DNA of 63,247 nt, the filler included, from Asterionella formosa (lineage: Eukaryota), in NCBI GenBank assembly GCA_002256025.1. It is 27 parts of 27 records of this genome, joined end to end, with 100 filler letters (N's around TTAATTAATTAA, not from the genome) between each part and the next. Parts side by side here need not be neighbours in the genome. Positions count along the whole stretch, not along the records: positions 45,035 to 46,462 come from NKIB01002475.1; positions 46,563 to 47,990 come from NKIB01002476.1; positions 48,091 to 49,518 come from NKIB01002477.1; positions 49,619 to 51,039 come from NKIB01002478.1; positions 51,140 to 52,566 come from NKIB01002480.1; positions 52,667 to 54,092 come from NKIB01002481.1; positions 54,193 to 55,619 come from NKIB01002482.1; positions 55,720 to 57,145 come from NKIB01002484.1; 19 more parts are not named here. One strand, 5' to 3'. This document shows, one piece after another, positions 44,935-57,355 of this stretch. The notes under the pieces are model-generated. The model made no database searches. It was given only the letters and a program-made list of their open reading frames with translations, and had not been told where the DNA came from. Numbering within the stretch: the first letter of the stretch is position 1; each line of letters begins with the position of its first letter. The position numbers were made by a program, and so were the translations under genes.

Positions 44935-46338
44935 NNNNNNNNNNNNNNNNNNNNNNNNNNNNNNNNNNNNNNNNNNNNTTAATTAATTAANNNNNNNNNN
45001 NNNNNNNNNNNNNNNNNNNNNNNNNNNNNNNNNNATTGTTTCAATCAAAAAAGTCAACTCTTCCAATGCTTCTTGGAGCTTCATTCCCATTCGCATTGTG
45101 CAAACATGGCATTCACAACAAATGCAACTTTTTCTGCAAAGTGACAACAACTTGAGACTGTTTGTCAACATAGGAATTGCAACATCATGGTACAAAACTG
45201 ATGTTCACATTGTACTTTGGGCTTTGTATTTTAAGTAAGTTGGGTGTATTTTCGATGGGTGAATAGGCTAGCCGTGTGCTTTCTTTGAATGTAGGTTTAA
45301 TACAGCAACTTCAAGGAATACATACATGCCAGGTCTTGGCCACGTGCAAGTTTCATTGATTCAAATAAACTCTAGAATAATGAGTGCCAGTAGAATTGTC
45401 ATAATCTGTCTGTAAGGCTGTTGATGGGAGTCCAAGATATAAGGTCCAAGGAGTGTCTGAATGGACATGTAGTACCATCTAAAACTGAGAGCTAATGATT
45501 TTCTAACCAACCGCAAACGTTAATTGAGAAAATTCACGTTTTGGAAGACATATGCAAGGTACTAACATAACAATTCAAGCAATGATACTAATCAATAATT
45601 GTTGTATTTCGAACTCAAGCTAGGCTTCGTCTCGCTCCATTATGGACAAAACATAAAGGCAGGTGTCCAAGGGTAAGGAAGAAATCAACATGAATGTGGT
45701 TGGAGTGTCTCGCAAGGGGGCATAAGAGCAATTTTTAGTTAATTTAAATGTGCTTTAGATATTATTTGTGAACTTTTGTATTTCGAAATCATCATCTATC
45801 TTGTTACACAAATTCCCAGGTACTGGTAGTTAATTAAGCTCAAAGTTCGCTGTCAACGGGAAATGGATTGAACGAGCTAAATTAATTTTGACTCAGCTGC
45901 GATCACCTTTTACATGTATGTATGGGTAAAAGAACAAAAATTACATCGAGAATAGTACTCCGGAGTAAATGCCATTTATGTGCTGTGACTCACGGGAGGT
46001 AGTACATAGAGTCCTTGGTGCTTGCCTTTTCAGTCAATGATAATGAGCGGAAGGCTGATCGATGATGTCACTTGCAATCAATCATCAAGCTGTTGCCGGC
46101 TAGCGAACAATGATGTCTTAGCCCTACATACGATATGCTGTATTCGTTTAAACAATGAGAACCCAACACATGTCATGGCGTCATAACTTCACAACTCAAG
46201 GTTAAAAAATCAATCGTATTACCAGGGTACCAGAATACCGATGATGCGAACAGTGTATGTAATCATCTTCTCACATTTTCACAAAATTCCTAATTTTTGA
46301 CAAAACCAAACAGTTCTGATTTTCCCGATCAACCAAAG

Positions 46339-46462
46339 ATGACAGTATTTGAGAAACAAATGGAAAAAGTCTGTCATGATCCTGGCTTCCTGGCCGCCCT
46401 GGACCAATCTGGGGGCTCGACACCCAAGGCGCTTCGAATCTACGGTATTCCTGATGATGCTT
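46339..46462 (+). CDS. FBA: Fructose-bisphosphate aldolase class I (bacterial type), N-terminal fragment
   Basis: [22 protein letters not shown] signature; truncated by the linker. Confidence 0.85.
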
Positions 46463-46562
46463 NNNNNNNNNNNNNNNNNNNNNNNNNNNNNNNNNNNNNN
46501 NNNNNNTTAATTAATTAANNNNNNNNNNNNNNNNNNNNNNNNNNNNNNNNNNNNNNNNNNNN

Positions 46563-46941
46563 CCTCCTGCTTACCAGTAGCACTGGCAACATTAAAAGGT
46601 GCATGTCTACCAAGAGTCGAGACATCACTGCTTTCCAGTCCTCGCGATGTGCTAACTTTCCAATTTCGTGCCATGCCTTGATGAGCTGTATGAGCAAGCT
46701 TCTGCCCAAGTGTAGCCGATGTGAAAGGATCGAAATATCCTTTGACCTGCAATGCTGTCGCCTGATGGGTCATTAGACGTTGTAGATCACAAGATAGCAG
46801 CCTCCTTTGCCGAATAATAACTTCGGCGTGGCATCCTGTGTCCATGGGAAGCCCACCGTAGCGCTTCCCGATCCATGCAAACAGCTGACGAAGGGCAGCG
46901 GCCGACTCAGCGGACCGAACACCTTTTCCACTACCATTCAT
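46563..46941 (-). CDS. Hypothetical protein, N-terminal fragment
   Basis: ATG-initiated frame open to the linker (…ARNWKVSTSRGLESSDVSTLG…) with coding-like GC. Confidence 0.6.
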
Positions 46942-48090
46942 TATTCAGCGACTGATCGGGGAAATCAAGGTTATTGAAAACTGCTAGGCATCGTTCAAAC
47001 TCATTGAATTGTCCCTATTAGAACGCTTGGAGTTGTTTGTCTATCCAGCACAGCGGCTCGTCAATTAATTTAATGTCCGTGTGCAAGGTACCAGAAAAAC
47101 CATAAGAAAACATTTATGTGTCGTACCTGGTACCACCACCTCGTTCTCATACATTTCTGTGGATAGATACCGGTAATACATAAGATACGCACCGGTATAC
47201 GATCATGTACGGTAATACCCCGTATCGGTTTTTAAATAGAGACTACGTAGAACAGTACAAGATACTCCCTATTCGTATAGACTAACAGCAACACCAACAC
47301 ACAGATAACAATAGTAATGATAATACATGCCGGTACATCATGCCTGATGCAACAACAGCGTATGCATCAGCAAGTTGCGGTAATTTTGCTGAAATGGACA
47401 ACGTGACGCAGGACAGGCGCTCAAAATGACTACCGGGGGTACCGGTAAATAGAGAATGTCATGAACTCTCTCTTTGAATCGACAGTATCACGACTTGTTC
47501 GTGACGTAAAGAATTATTTCGTCTAAAAACGCACGGAAATGTCCAAACGAGGCAAATGTCTGAAAAAAGAAAATGACAATGACTGGGGCAATAGAGGGGC
47601 GACCCATAGCAAAAGTAAGCAAAGTAAGCAAAGAAAGAAAGCAACGAAAGCAAAGAAAGCAAGTCTTGCTTACATGGCTTTATTCTCTCCAAACTCAAAA
47701 TCGTTCTCCTTTTCCAGCCGAAGCGATGAAAACAACCAATAATTAATGGTACCATATCAATTAGGAAATAAATATTCACATGCAAGCATCATCATCCATA
47801 ACAACAAGTTTTTTTAAAGCAAAAGATGCGAAACAAGTTATTTTTTAGCCTATATTTGATTGCTTGTATCAACTTGTCTGCACAAAGGATGAATTGTGCA
47901 TGACATGGGAATTATCATGGAAGTAAGATATGGTGATGAGATTTCAAAGTTGTTTGTTTACCAGTAAGTACTAGTATTCTATTACCAGTCNNNNNNNNNN
48001 NNNNNNNNNNNNNNNNNNNNNNNNNNNNNNNNNNTTAATTAATTAANNNNNNNNNNNNNNNNNNNNNNNNNNNNNNNNNNNNNNNNNNNN

Positions 48091-49518
48091 GCTAAGAAGG
48101 CTAACAATGGTGGAAAAATGCCTTATGGTGCTATTTCTAGGACAGTATCAGCTAAGCAATGCATTTTCCCTTGGATATCTGTTAACCAAGTGAAGAATGA
48201 ACTAAAACGAAGTGCTAAACTAGAAGTTAAGTCTAGTACTACTATGTATACTACTTCTGGTTCGTCCCTCTTTGAACCATCAACTGCAACCATGGTGTCT
48301 ACATTGACACCTGACCATTGTGGCCCTACTAAAACCCAATTCTTGAATGCTGATGGCAGCTTTGCCTTGTTATTTCCCAGCAATCTCATTCATAATTCAT
48401 ATGAAATTGTCGAGGAGGAAGAAGATGACAACAATGAAGGTGTGAGTGAGCATTATGATAGTCAGTTTACAATGGGCACTTTGGCATATGAAACTGGAAA
48501 CAATGGTGTGCTTACCTGGGGAAGTTTGGAGGCAAATACAAACACAACGAAAACAAACAAGGAGGAAATGAGTAATACAACTGTTGGTGGACGGCCCAAA
48601 GGTGCCACCATTAGCAACAAATCCCAGATGCAAAAAGCATTGAGTGAAGCAACAGATGAGTACATGAATAAAATGCTAGACAGCAAAAATAACAGCAAAC
48701 GTACCTCCAAAGGAACAATTTCTTTGATCATTGATGCTGCCAAGGAAAGGAATGGAATACCTGCTAATGTGAAGGTTAGTTTTGAAACAGTCAGAAGCAG
48801 AGCAGCAATCAAAATAAAGAAGAGTGGTGAGGTTCAGAATGGTCAGCATCATATTAGCAAACATGGACATCAATCACCAATGAACGAGATTGAACCTTAC
48901 CTTGTTGGACTCATTCAACAACTTGCAAAAATGAGGGTCCCAATCTCTGTTTCTGAAGGACTGATGCTTGCCAACTCTTTGATTGCTGGTACTGAAACTA
49001 TGGCAAAGGTGAACAATTGGAGAGAAACAAATTGCATTCCATTCCAAATCAACAAAAAGCCTGAACTTGGGAAATCCTATTGGAAAGGATTTATGAAAAG
49101 AAATGCACAGTTAGTTACAGCAAAGAAGGGAGTAAAGTTTGAGAGCAAACGTGCAGATTGGTGTACGTACCAGTCCTTCTTGTCAATGTATAAAGACGTC
49201 TATAAAGAAATGGTGGCTGGAGGAGTTGCAAGACAAAACCCAAGCAAACAATGGTACTCAAAAGAAGGGTTAGTAGTTGAGGAGCAGGAAGCGTTTGGGT
49301 TAGCAAGTGAATATGAGCTAATCAGACCTGACCGTCTCCTCTTTGTGGACGAAGTTGGTTCCAATACATCCCAAACAAAAGATGGCAACGTTGGTGGCGA
49401 AAAATTTCTTTGCATTGCAGGTGGCCGTCCTCAAATCCGGGCCTCGACCAAAGATGCACACTTTACTGTCCTAGGATTCACTGCAGCCAATGGTCAACCA
49501 ATCATGTGCGCAATTATT
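48091..49518 (+). mobile_element. Tc1/mariner pogo-like (DDE_1) transposase, internal fragment
   Basis: Whole contig is open; GGRPKG, CENP-B-like region (YWKGFMKRN), first catalytic Asp in LLFVDEVG, and FTVLGFTAANG. Confidence 0.85.
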
Positions 49519-49999
49519 NNNNNNNNNNNNNNNNNNNNNNNNNNNNNNNNNNNNNNNNNNNNTTAATTAATTAANNNNNNNNNNNNNNNNNNNNNNNNNN
49601 NNNNNNNNNNNNNNNNNNTTTACACCAGTCAAGCTACCAGTACTACCAGGGAGGAGTGAACTCACCCCCACCCAAAAAAGTAGCACCAGGAATGGATCAA
49701 AAATATCAACAAAGACAACAAACGCAGCAACAACAACAACAACAACAAGCAATGACCAGACCAATAGGATAAAAGTTGCATTTGCGAATTCAAATGCACA
49801 TGCAGGTGTGGCAAGAAGTTGAAGCGCAGTCTTTTGCAAGTCGAGACGATTGCGGATGACAACGATATGGAAGAGGACGAAGACTATTAGTCAGTCACTG
49901 TGTGCTGACCTATAGTCCATGTTTGTGGATTCTTCATGGTAGTAGTATATCCAATCAAATACTACCTGTTTTAGTTAAGTAAGAAATAGAGCTAAAAAA

Positions 50000-51039
50000 G
50001 GCCGTTGCTAACGGTGGACCAAAACCCAAACCAAACAGTGTTTTGGTTTCGGTAACCCTAAAAAACGATGCTAACGGGAGTGAAAAACCCAACGCAAACG
50101 CATTACGTTTAGGGGATTCCGTGCCCATATCCCAATAAGTTACCCAAACGCATTACGTTTAGGTTTTTTTTCCCAAAGTTACCTAAACGTAGGATTCCAT
50201 ATGGACTACTTTGAATGTAGTCACTAGAAACCCAATTATTATCATCGTAGAATCAGTACATATAGGACGCATCATTTACCAGTATATCATACATAAATAC
50301 AACAATAGCTATACGGTACTCTGGTACCTGGTACCAGGTACCAGGGGACCACACTGTCGAGAACAACAACAACAAATAATCTCGGATTTCACCACAATCA
50401 ACATGTCATCATCAAACCCACATTTCACCAACATGGCACACATGGATTCATGTGACCATCGCCCACGTGACATTGTACAATGTCTAGATGCTAATGGTGA
50501 GGTAGAACCAGAGAAATACTTCCAGTATCTTCAGTTTTTGTCTGATTTCGGAAGAACTCTACTCATGCCCACTCCAGAAATACAAAGTCTTAACAATGTG
50601 CCTCTACCCCCAAGAGTTAGAGTGAGAGGAAAGAACAAGGTCTGTGAATACATCAATGACAAAGGGCTAATTCAAATGATAACTCCTGTGATGTCAAACT
50701 GGTATATACTATACATTTCCAGACCAGCAGTTGAATCATTGTCATTTCAAAAGAAATTCCGCCGCAGATTTCGACTACCACACAACCAGTTCCTCCAATT
50801 TGTTGTTGATGCTAGAGATTCAAATTGGTTTCCTCGCTGGACTCGACCTGATGCAACAGGAAGGGCATCATCACCCCTTGAACTTATGGTTTTAGGAGCA
50901 TTCAGGTACCTAGGGAGAGGATGGACTTTTGATGACATTGAGGAGAATACTGGTATCAGTCAAGAGACCCACAGGCAATTCTTCCACGCCTTTATTGAAG
51001 TTGGAAGTACCATCCTTTACAAAAAATATGTTAGAACTC
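50000..51039 (+). mobile_element. PIF/Harbinger element left end with transposase start (ATG 50403)
   Basis: Terminus GGCCGTTGCTAACGG; KKFRRRFRLP...PLELMVLGAFRYLGRGWTFDDIEE.TGISQETHRQFF HTH region. Confidence 0.8.
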
Positions 51040-51140
51040 NNNNNNNNNNNNNNNNNNNNNNNNNNNNNNNNNNNNNNNNNNNNTTAATTAATTAANNNNN
51101 NNNNNNNNNNNNNNNNNNNNNNNNNNNNNNNNNNNNNNNT

Positions 51141-52566
51141 TTACTATCAAGTTTAGCCGGAGCCGGTCACAAGACAAAGTATGTCCGTTGCGATGACGCA
51201 GGCGAGAATACTAAACAATTGAGAAAGGTATGTGAAAATCGCGGCATAAAAATGGAATTTACTGCCCCGCACACTCCACAAAACAATGGTGTAGTGGAAC
51301 GCGGTTTTGTCATTGTGCGACAGAGGGCACTAGCAATGATACTAAGTGCAAAACTAACAGATGAGTACCAAGGGCTATTATGGGCAGAGGCGGTACATAC
51401 AGCTACACGTTTAACAAATAGTACAGTTAACTCAGTAACTAAAAGAAGTCCCGATGACATGTTCTACGGCGAAATGAATCCAAGAAGGCCCTACAAGTTA
51501 TACAAGCAATTTGGGCGCGTAGGATGGGTTACTGCAAGACACGGCATTAAGAAATTAGACGCACGTTCTTTCAAGTGTGTCTTTTTGGGTTATTCGGAGG
51601 ACCACTCCCAAGATACGTATCGTATGTATAATCATGAGACTAACACTGTAATCAATACACGCGATGTTAAGTGGAGTGAGTGGCATGGAACAAACGCACC
51701 TACGGACGGACTAGGAAAAATCTACAAGGACAATGCTAAAGAGAAAGTAACAGTTCAACCAGAAGCTGAAGTCAATAATGATGAATTAGATGATGATTTC
51801 TACAATGAAGATTTACTACCAGAAGTTTCAGACAACAAGGAAGATGATGACGACAAGGATAAATCAACCGCAGACACTGAAAAAGGAAAATCTACCTCAA
51901 GGAGTGATGAAATTTCTGACCTAGAAAAGAGAAATGTTTTGAAGCAACAGGCAAAGTTGGAACGAGAAATGAAGAAGTTGGACTCATCATACAATCCAAC
52001 TAAAAATGTTAAATTCACTTCAGACACTTCACTACCAAATGTGATTGAGGAGGAAGCTTCTTTGAATAAGGAAGCTGAAGTAAATTTCGTATTCAATGCA
52101 AGTTTTGCATCGGACCCAGGTTTACCAAATAGTTATGATGAGGCAATGGTAAGACCTGATCGCAAAGAGTGGATGAAAGCTATAAAGAAAGAATTTGAAA
52201 ACTTCAAAGCAAGAGGAGTGTGGAAAATAGTTAAGAGAAATGACGTGAACAAGAGAGCTCTTAAGACAAGATGGGTCTTCCGTATTAAGGAGGACGTGAT
52301 AACCGGAAAGACAGTATACAAGGCACGGTTGGTTGTAAAGGGATATGAACAGATCCCGGGAGTTGATTTTACTGAAACATTCGCTCCTGTTGCAAGTGAT
52401 GCTACAATAAAAACTGTTCTGGCTGTTACTTTGTACTATGGTTGGATAGCGGAAGCAATCGATGTTGAAGCAGCGTTCTTAAATGCTGACGTCGACGAAG
52501 ACATTTATATTGAGCCCCCAGAAGGATTGACAGGGATCGATCAGAATATACATATCTGCAAATTAA
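51141..52566 (+). mobile_element. Ty1/Copia pol fragment (integrase core to reverse transcriptase)
   Basis: VRCDDAGEN, TAPHTPQNNGVVER, CVFLGYS, YKARLVVKGYEQIPGVDFTETFAPV and IDVEAAFLNA, in integrase-before-RT order. Confidence 0.95.
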
Positions 52567-52666
52567 NNNNNNNNNNNNNNNNNNNNNNNNNNNNNNNNNN
52601 NNNNNNNNNNTTAATTAATTAANNNNNNNNNNNNNNNNNNNNNNNNNNNNNNNNNNNNNNNNNNNN

Positions 52667-53778
52667 TGAATGCTGCAACTCGATCGAAAATGGAAGTTCG
52701 TTCAAAAGCTACTTGGTCACTGCATTTTCCCGGTGCAATTACACCAAAATAAATAAATCTTGAGTCAGCATCACAAACAGCCTGGACATTGATTCCATAA
52801 GTCATGTAGTGACCGGAAAAAAATGAACCAGGGTTGTTGCCACTTTCAACTATAGTCGGGCGGTTGATGGTGGCTAGGAAGCCGTCAATAGCACCAACAC
52901 ATCCTCTCATCATGCCCTCTGAGCTTTTGCATTCAAAGCTGGAAGCCAATTTGATAAATTCTTCTTTTCTTTTGGAAAAACAATTTCGAGTTCTCCACAG
53001 TTTAGTACAGCATCAATGAACAAATCACGACATCGATTAAGTGAAGCAATGCTACAACCATAGGCATGACGAATGTCGATGTAACTGCCACCAGCCAGCC
53101 ATCGCAAACCAATGGCTACCACAATTTCGGGAATTATGGGCTCAGAAGTGCCACATTTGGAATAATTCCCTGCAATCTGAATTTCCAGCATGGAGGTGAG
53201 TTTTTTGAATGCTCTGTGTGACATTCTGTATGTCTTCTCGAAAGCAATCTCGTGATTGAGTTTCTTGACATGTGATTGCCAGGAGATTCTTTCGTGGTGA
53301 CACTTGTGCCTTTGTTGTCGTCGTCGTTCAGATGACTGAAGCTGCCGTTTACAGCGTCGCCTTTGTCGTTTGGATGAGTGTTCTTTTTCCTCTGCTTCCT
53401 TAGCTAAATGACAGAGGAAGAAGAAATCAAGATCACTACTGTCATCATCATTATCATCAAGTAAATCAAATGGCGACGACATGATTCATGCAAATGTGTG
53501 TTTTTAATATAATATTTAGTTTCCCGTTAATTATATTTTATGTTGTTGCTTGATATCAAGACCATCATTATATTCCGGAGGGATATACACATGATCTTCG
53601 CCAGCCAGTTGCCATTGAAGATCCATGTTACTCCATGATACAATGTGATCACAAATTAGTGATACAGTGACACTTTTGGAATGAATGAAATTCAGTTCAA
53701 ATCGAGTTAACGTTGCTGATACATTTTCAAAAAAATTCAAATTCCGTGATACACGAAAAAAAATGATAAGAACGGCCC
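52667..53778 (-). mobile_element. PIF/Harbinger element (copy A); transposase from 53482 with a 1-nt frameshift near 52965
   Basis: TAA|GGGCCGTTCTTATC terminus, GLRWLAGGSY, GCVGAIDG and INVQAVCD. Near-identical to 61950-63247. Confidence 0.93.
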
Positions 53779-53957
53779 TTAGATTAATTTGCTCATATAC
53801 CGGTATTCAACAAATACTACTACTTCTAGTTAGATACTTCACCAGGTACCAGGTACCTGGTAACAGGTATTGGGCAAGACGAAAAAGAAGTACAACCAGC
53901 TGTGCAGCACGATCATAACACACCACGAAAAATACGAAGTCCTTTCATAAATCAACC

Positions 53958-54092
53958 ATGGCGATGAATATCGCCCCTAATTTTGTCGCCCCTACGCACC
54001 ATCATGCTCAAATTGTAAATGAGCATGGTGTACAAGCAGAGTACGCAAGGAATGGACTCTGTCCTTATCATCCAGACATTCAGCTTCGTAAA
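53958..54092 (+). CDS. N-terminal fragment of a hypothetical protein with a GxCxxHP motif
   Basis: MAMNIAPNF...NGLCPYHPDIQLRK, open to the linker. Confidence 0.45.
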
Positions 54093-54192
54093 NNNNNNNN
54101 NNNNNNNNNNNNNNNNNNNNNNNNNNNNNNNNNNNNTTAATTAATTAANNNNNNNNNNNNNNNNNNNNNNNNNNNNNNNNNNNNNNNNNNNN

Positions 54193-55619
54193 CCCTATAG
54201 ACTTTCGGAGCAACAGAAACAGAGCTTGCTTTCGAGTTCACTTGAGGTACCAATCCGTCTCCAGGTGCATAGTAGGGATGCAGTGACACAGTCGGCAGCC
54301 ATTGAAGCTTGAATACTTTTGCTGGCAAAATGTTGGCTGGATTCTCACTCAGACGAGGGGACTTCATAAATTGGACAGGGTAAGAACAGATTGACGACTT
54401 TGTACTTTCCAGTACAAGTTCTGACATTGCTTTAACAATAGCATTCACACTGATATCTTTCATACAAACTTACATTCTGTCTTCATTGTCGGAAATGTAT
54501 TTAGCAACCTTTCTTGCAACCACACCATCCAGCATAGCCTTAATCTCCATCTTTCTTGATTTCCATGATTTACTAGAAAAGTAGCAATGAAGGAACAGTA
54601 AATCATCTCGTCGCATGTGGCATTCCTTGGCTGGCCTGTAATCCACCCAGTAATCAGTATGCATGATAGGACTATCAAAAGATGACCCCCTATAGACTTT
54701 CGGAGCAACAGAAACAGAGCTTACTTTCGAGTTCACTTGAGGTACCAATCCGTCTCCAGGTGCATAGTAGGGATGCAGTGAGACAGTCGGCAGCCATTGA
54801 AGCTTGAATACTTTCGCTGGCGAAATGTTGGCTGGATTCTCACTCAGACGAGGGGACTTCATAATTTGTACAGGGTAAGAACAGATTGACGACTTTGTAC
54901 TTTCCAGTACAAGTTCTGACATTGCTTTAACAATAGCATTCACACTGATATCTTTCATACAAACTTGCATTCTGTCTTCATTGTCGGAAATGTATTTAGC
55001 AACCTTTCTTGCAACCACACCATCCAGCATAGCCTTAATCTCCATCTTTCTTGATTTCCATGATTTACTAGAAAAGTAGCAATGAAGGAACAGTAAATCA
55101 TCTCGTCGCATGTGGCATTCCTTGGCTGGCCTGTAATCCACCCAGTAATCAGTATGCATGATAGGACTATCATAAGATGACCCCCTATAGACTTTCGGAG
55201 CAACAGAAACAGAGCTTGCTTTCGAGTTCACTTGAGGTACCAATCTGTCTCCAGGTGCATAGTAGGGATGCAGTGAGACAGTCGGCAGCCATTGAAGCTT
55301 GAATACTTTCGCTGGCGAAATGTTGGCTGGATTCTCACTCAGACGAGGGGACTTCATAATTTGTACAGGGTAAGAACAGATTGACGACTTTGTACTTTCC
55401 AGTACAAGTTCTGACATTGCTTTAACAATAGCATTCACACTGATATCTTTCATACAAACTTGCATTCTGTCTTCATTGTCGGAAATGTATTGAGCAACCT
55501 TTCTTGCAACCACACCATCCAGCATAGCCTTAATCTCCATCTTTCTTGATTTCCATGATTTACTAGAAAAGTAGCAATGAAGGAACAGTAAATCATCTCG
55601 TCGCATGTGGCATTCCTTG
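54193..55619 (-). repeat. 495-bp tandem repeat (about 2.9 copies) encoding an in-frame 165-aa unit
   Basis: Near-identical units with period 495. The minus frame is open except for CAA>TAA at 54470. Confidence 0.95.
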
Positions 55620-55719
55620 NNNNNNNNNNNNNNNNNNNNNNNNNNNNNNNNNNNNNNNNNNNNTTAATTAATTAANNNNNNNNNNNNNNNNNNNNNNNNN
55701 NNNNNNNNNNNNNNNNNNN

Positions 55720-57145
55720 TGTGAATGCAATATCAAAAGATGAAATGCAAAATTATGACTACGTGATATATTATTCTACTGTAGGTAGGTAGGACAGACG
55801 GTTCAGCTGTAAACCACACTGACACCCCCCCTCGCTCAAAGGGCAGGTTTGAGGGAAGAAGCAAGTGTGACAGATGAGACATACGGTGGGGTGAGACGCC
55901 CAGTGATGTTGTCAAGATGCCGGGCAAAAAGAATTCCACCAGTTTGTTTCGTGATGGCATCTGCGGCATTGAGACCAGATGCAACATCTTCAAGAGCAAC
56001 CAGATCGCGCTCGACCCAGTCAGTGAGAGCATAATGTCGTATATCAATATGACGAGAGTGCTTAGTGGGTTGACCAGCATGGGCCATAAGCAAGGCACCA
56101 CGATTATCTTCATAGAGGAGGGTAGCAAATGTCTGGGGAACATGGAGTTCATCAAGGATGGATCGGAGGTAAAGGGCCATTTTTCCAGCATCACTAGCAG
56201 CCAAAAATTCGGCTTCTGTGGAACTCAACGAAATAGTGGGTTGCACACGGCATTTCCAGGAAATGGCAGCACCAGCAAGTTTAAAAACAATGCCAGAGAT
56301 TGATCGCCGGTGCCGTATGTCATTAGCCCAATCAGAGTCGACATAGCCAAAAACAGAAAAAGGGGAATAGCGTTCACTGGCATCAGAGACATCATGATGG
56401 AGGTGTTGATCAGCTGGATGGGCAAGCCGAGAAGGGGGGGAAATGCAAGGGAGTTCAGGATGAGATGAAGGGCGCCAGTATGTGAGACCATGGTCCAGAG
56501 TGCCAGCAAGATATTTGAAGACACGTTTGACTGCCTGATAGTGAAGGGCAGCAGGTTGGGTGGAGAATTGACTCAATTTAACAACTGGAAAACTGAGTTC
56601 AGGACGACAGGTAATCATGGCCCATATGAGTTCACCAATGGCTCCCCGATATCGAAAATAGCTTGTTTCCAGTGCCAGATGTTCAGCCTCTGTGGTAGGA
56701 CACAAGATGGTGTCAAGGGCTTTGATGTGGTTAGTGTCAGCAGGCATGGGAAGTTTAGATGGTTTCATGTCCATCCAAGCATGATTCTGGAGGAGTTTTC
56801 GGATGTATGTACCACAGTGGATAGTGATGAAATTGCTAGTTTGAATGATATCAATACCGTTGTAATGAGTTAGTAAACCCTGTCGTTTCATAGGTACAAG
56901 GAGTTTGCTATCAAGGGCATCACAGATGTGGGTATAAAGTAGCAAGTCATTGGTTGCAATGGCAAAGTCATCAACTTGTCGAAGGAATAGGACATTTTCA
57001 TTGGATATTATAGCACGGTAGAGGCAAGGAGCATGAACTGTGGGGACAAAATTGTATTCCTGCAAGATGGTATCAATGTGGCGGGACCATTGGCGAGGAG
57101 CTTCAGGATGACCTTGTAAGTTCTTTCTTATTGGAATGACATAAC
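55720..57145 (-). mobile_element. Ty1/Copia RT-RNase H with PPT and 3' LTR start
   Basis: LQGHPEAPRQW, LRQVDDF, YRGAIGEL, GYVDSDWA, SSTEAEF and RHIDIRHY. Stop at 55836, PPT GAGGGGGGG (55825-55833), then TGTC at 55824. Confidence 0.95.
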
Positions 57146-57355
57146 NNNNNNNNNNNNNNNNNNNNNNNNNNNNNNNNNNNNNNNNNNNNTTAATTAATTA
57201 ANNNNNNNNNNNNNNNNNNNNNNNNNNNNNNNNNNNNNNNNNNNNGTGATCTGTCGCTTTACTGGCGCAATTGTAGACAGATTGAACCTGTGGATTGAAC
57301 ACTAGAAACCAAAATGTACTTCATTGCTGCGATCACAAAGAACAAGAAAAACAAT

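Noticed and set aside
49619..49890. Gln/Thr-rich (CAA)n frames at the contig start
   Set aside because: May be a gene 3' end, but frame and strand cannot be fixed.
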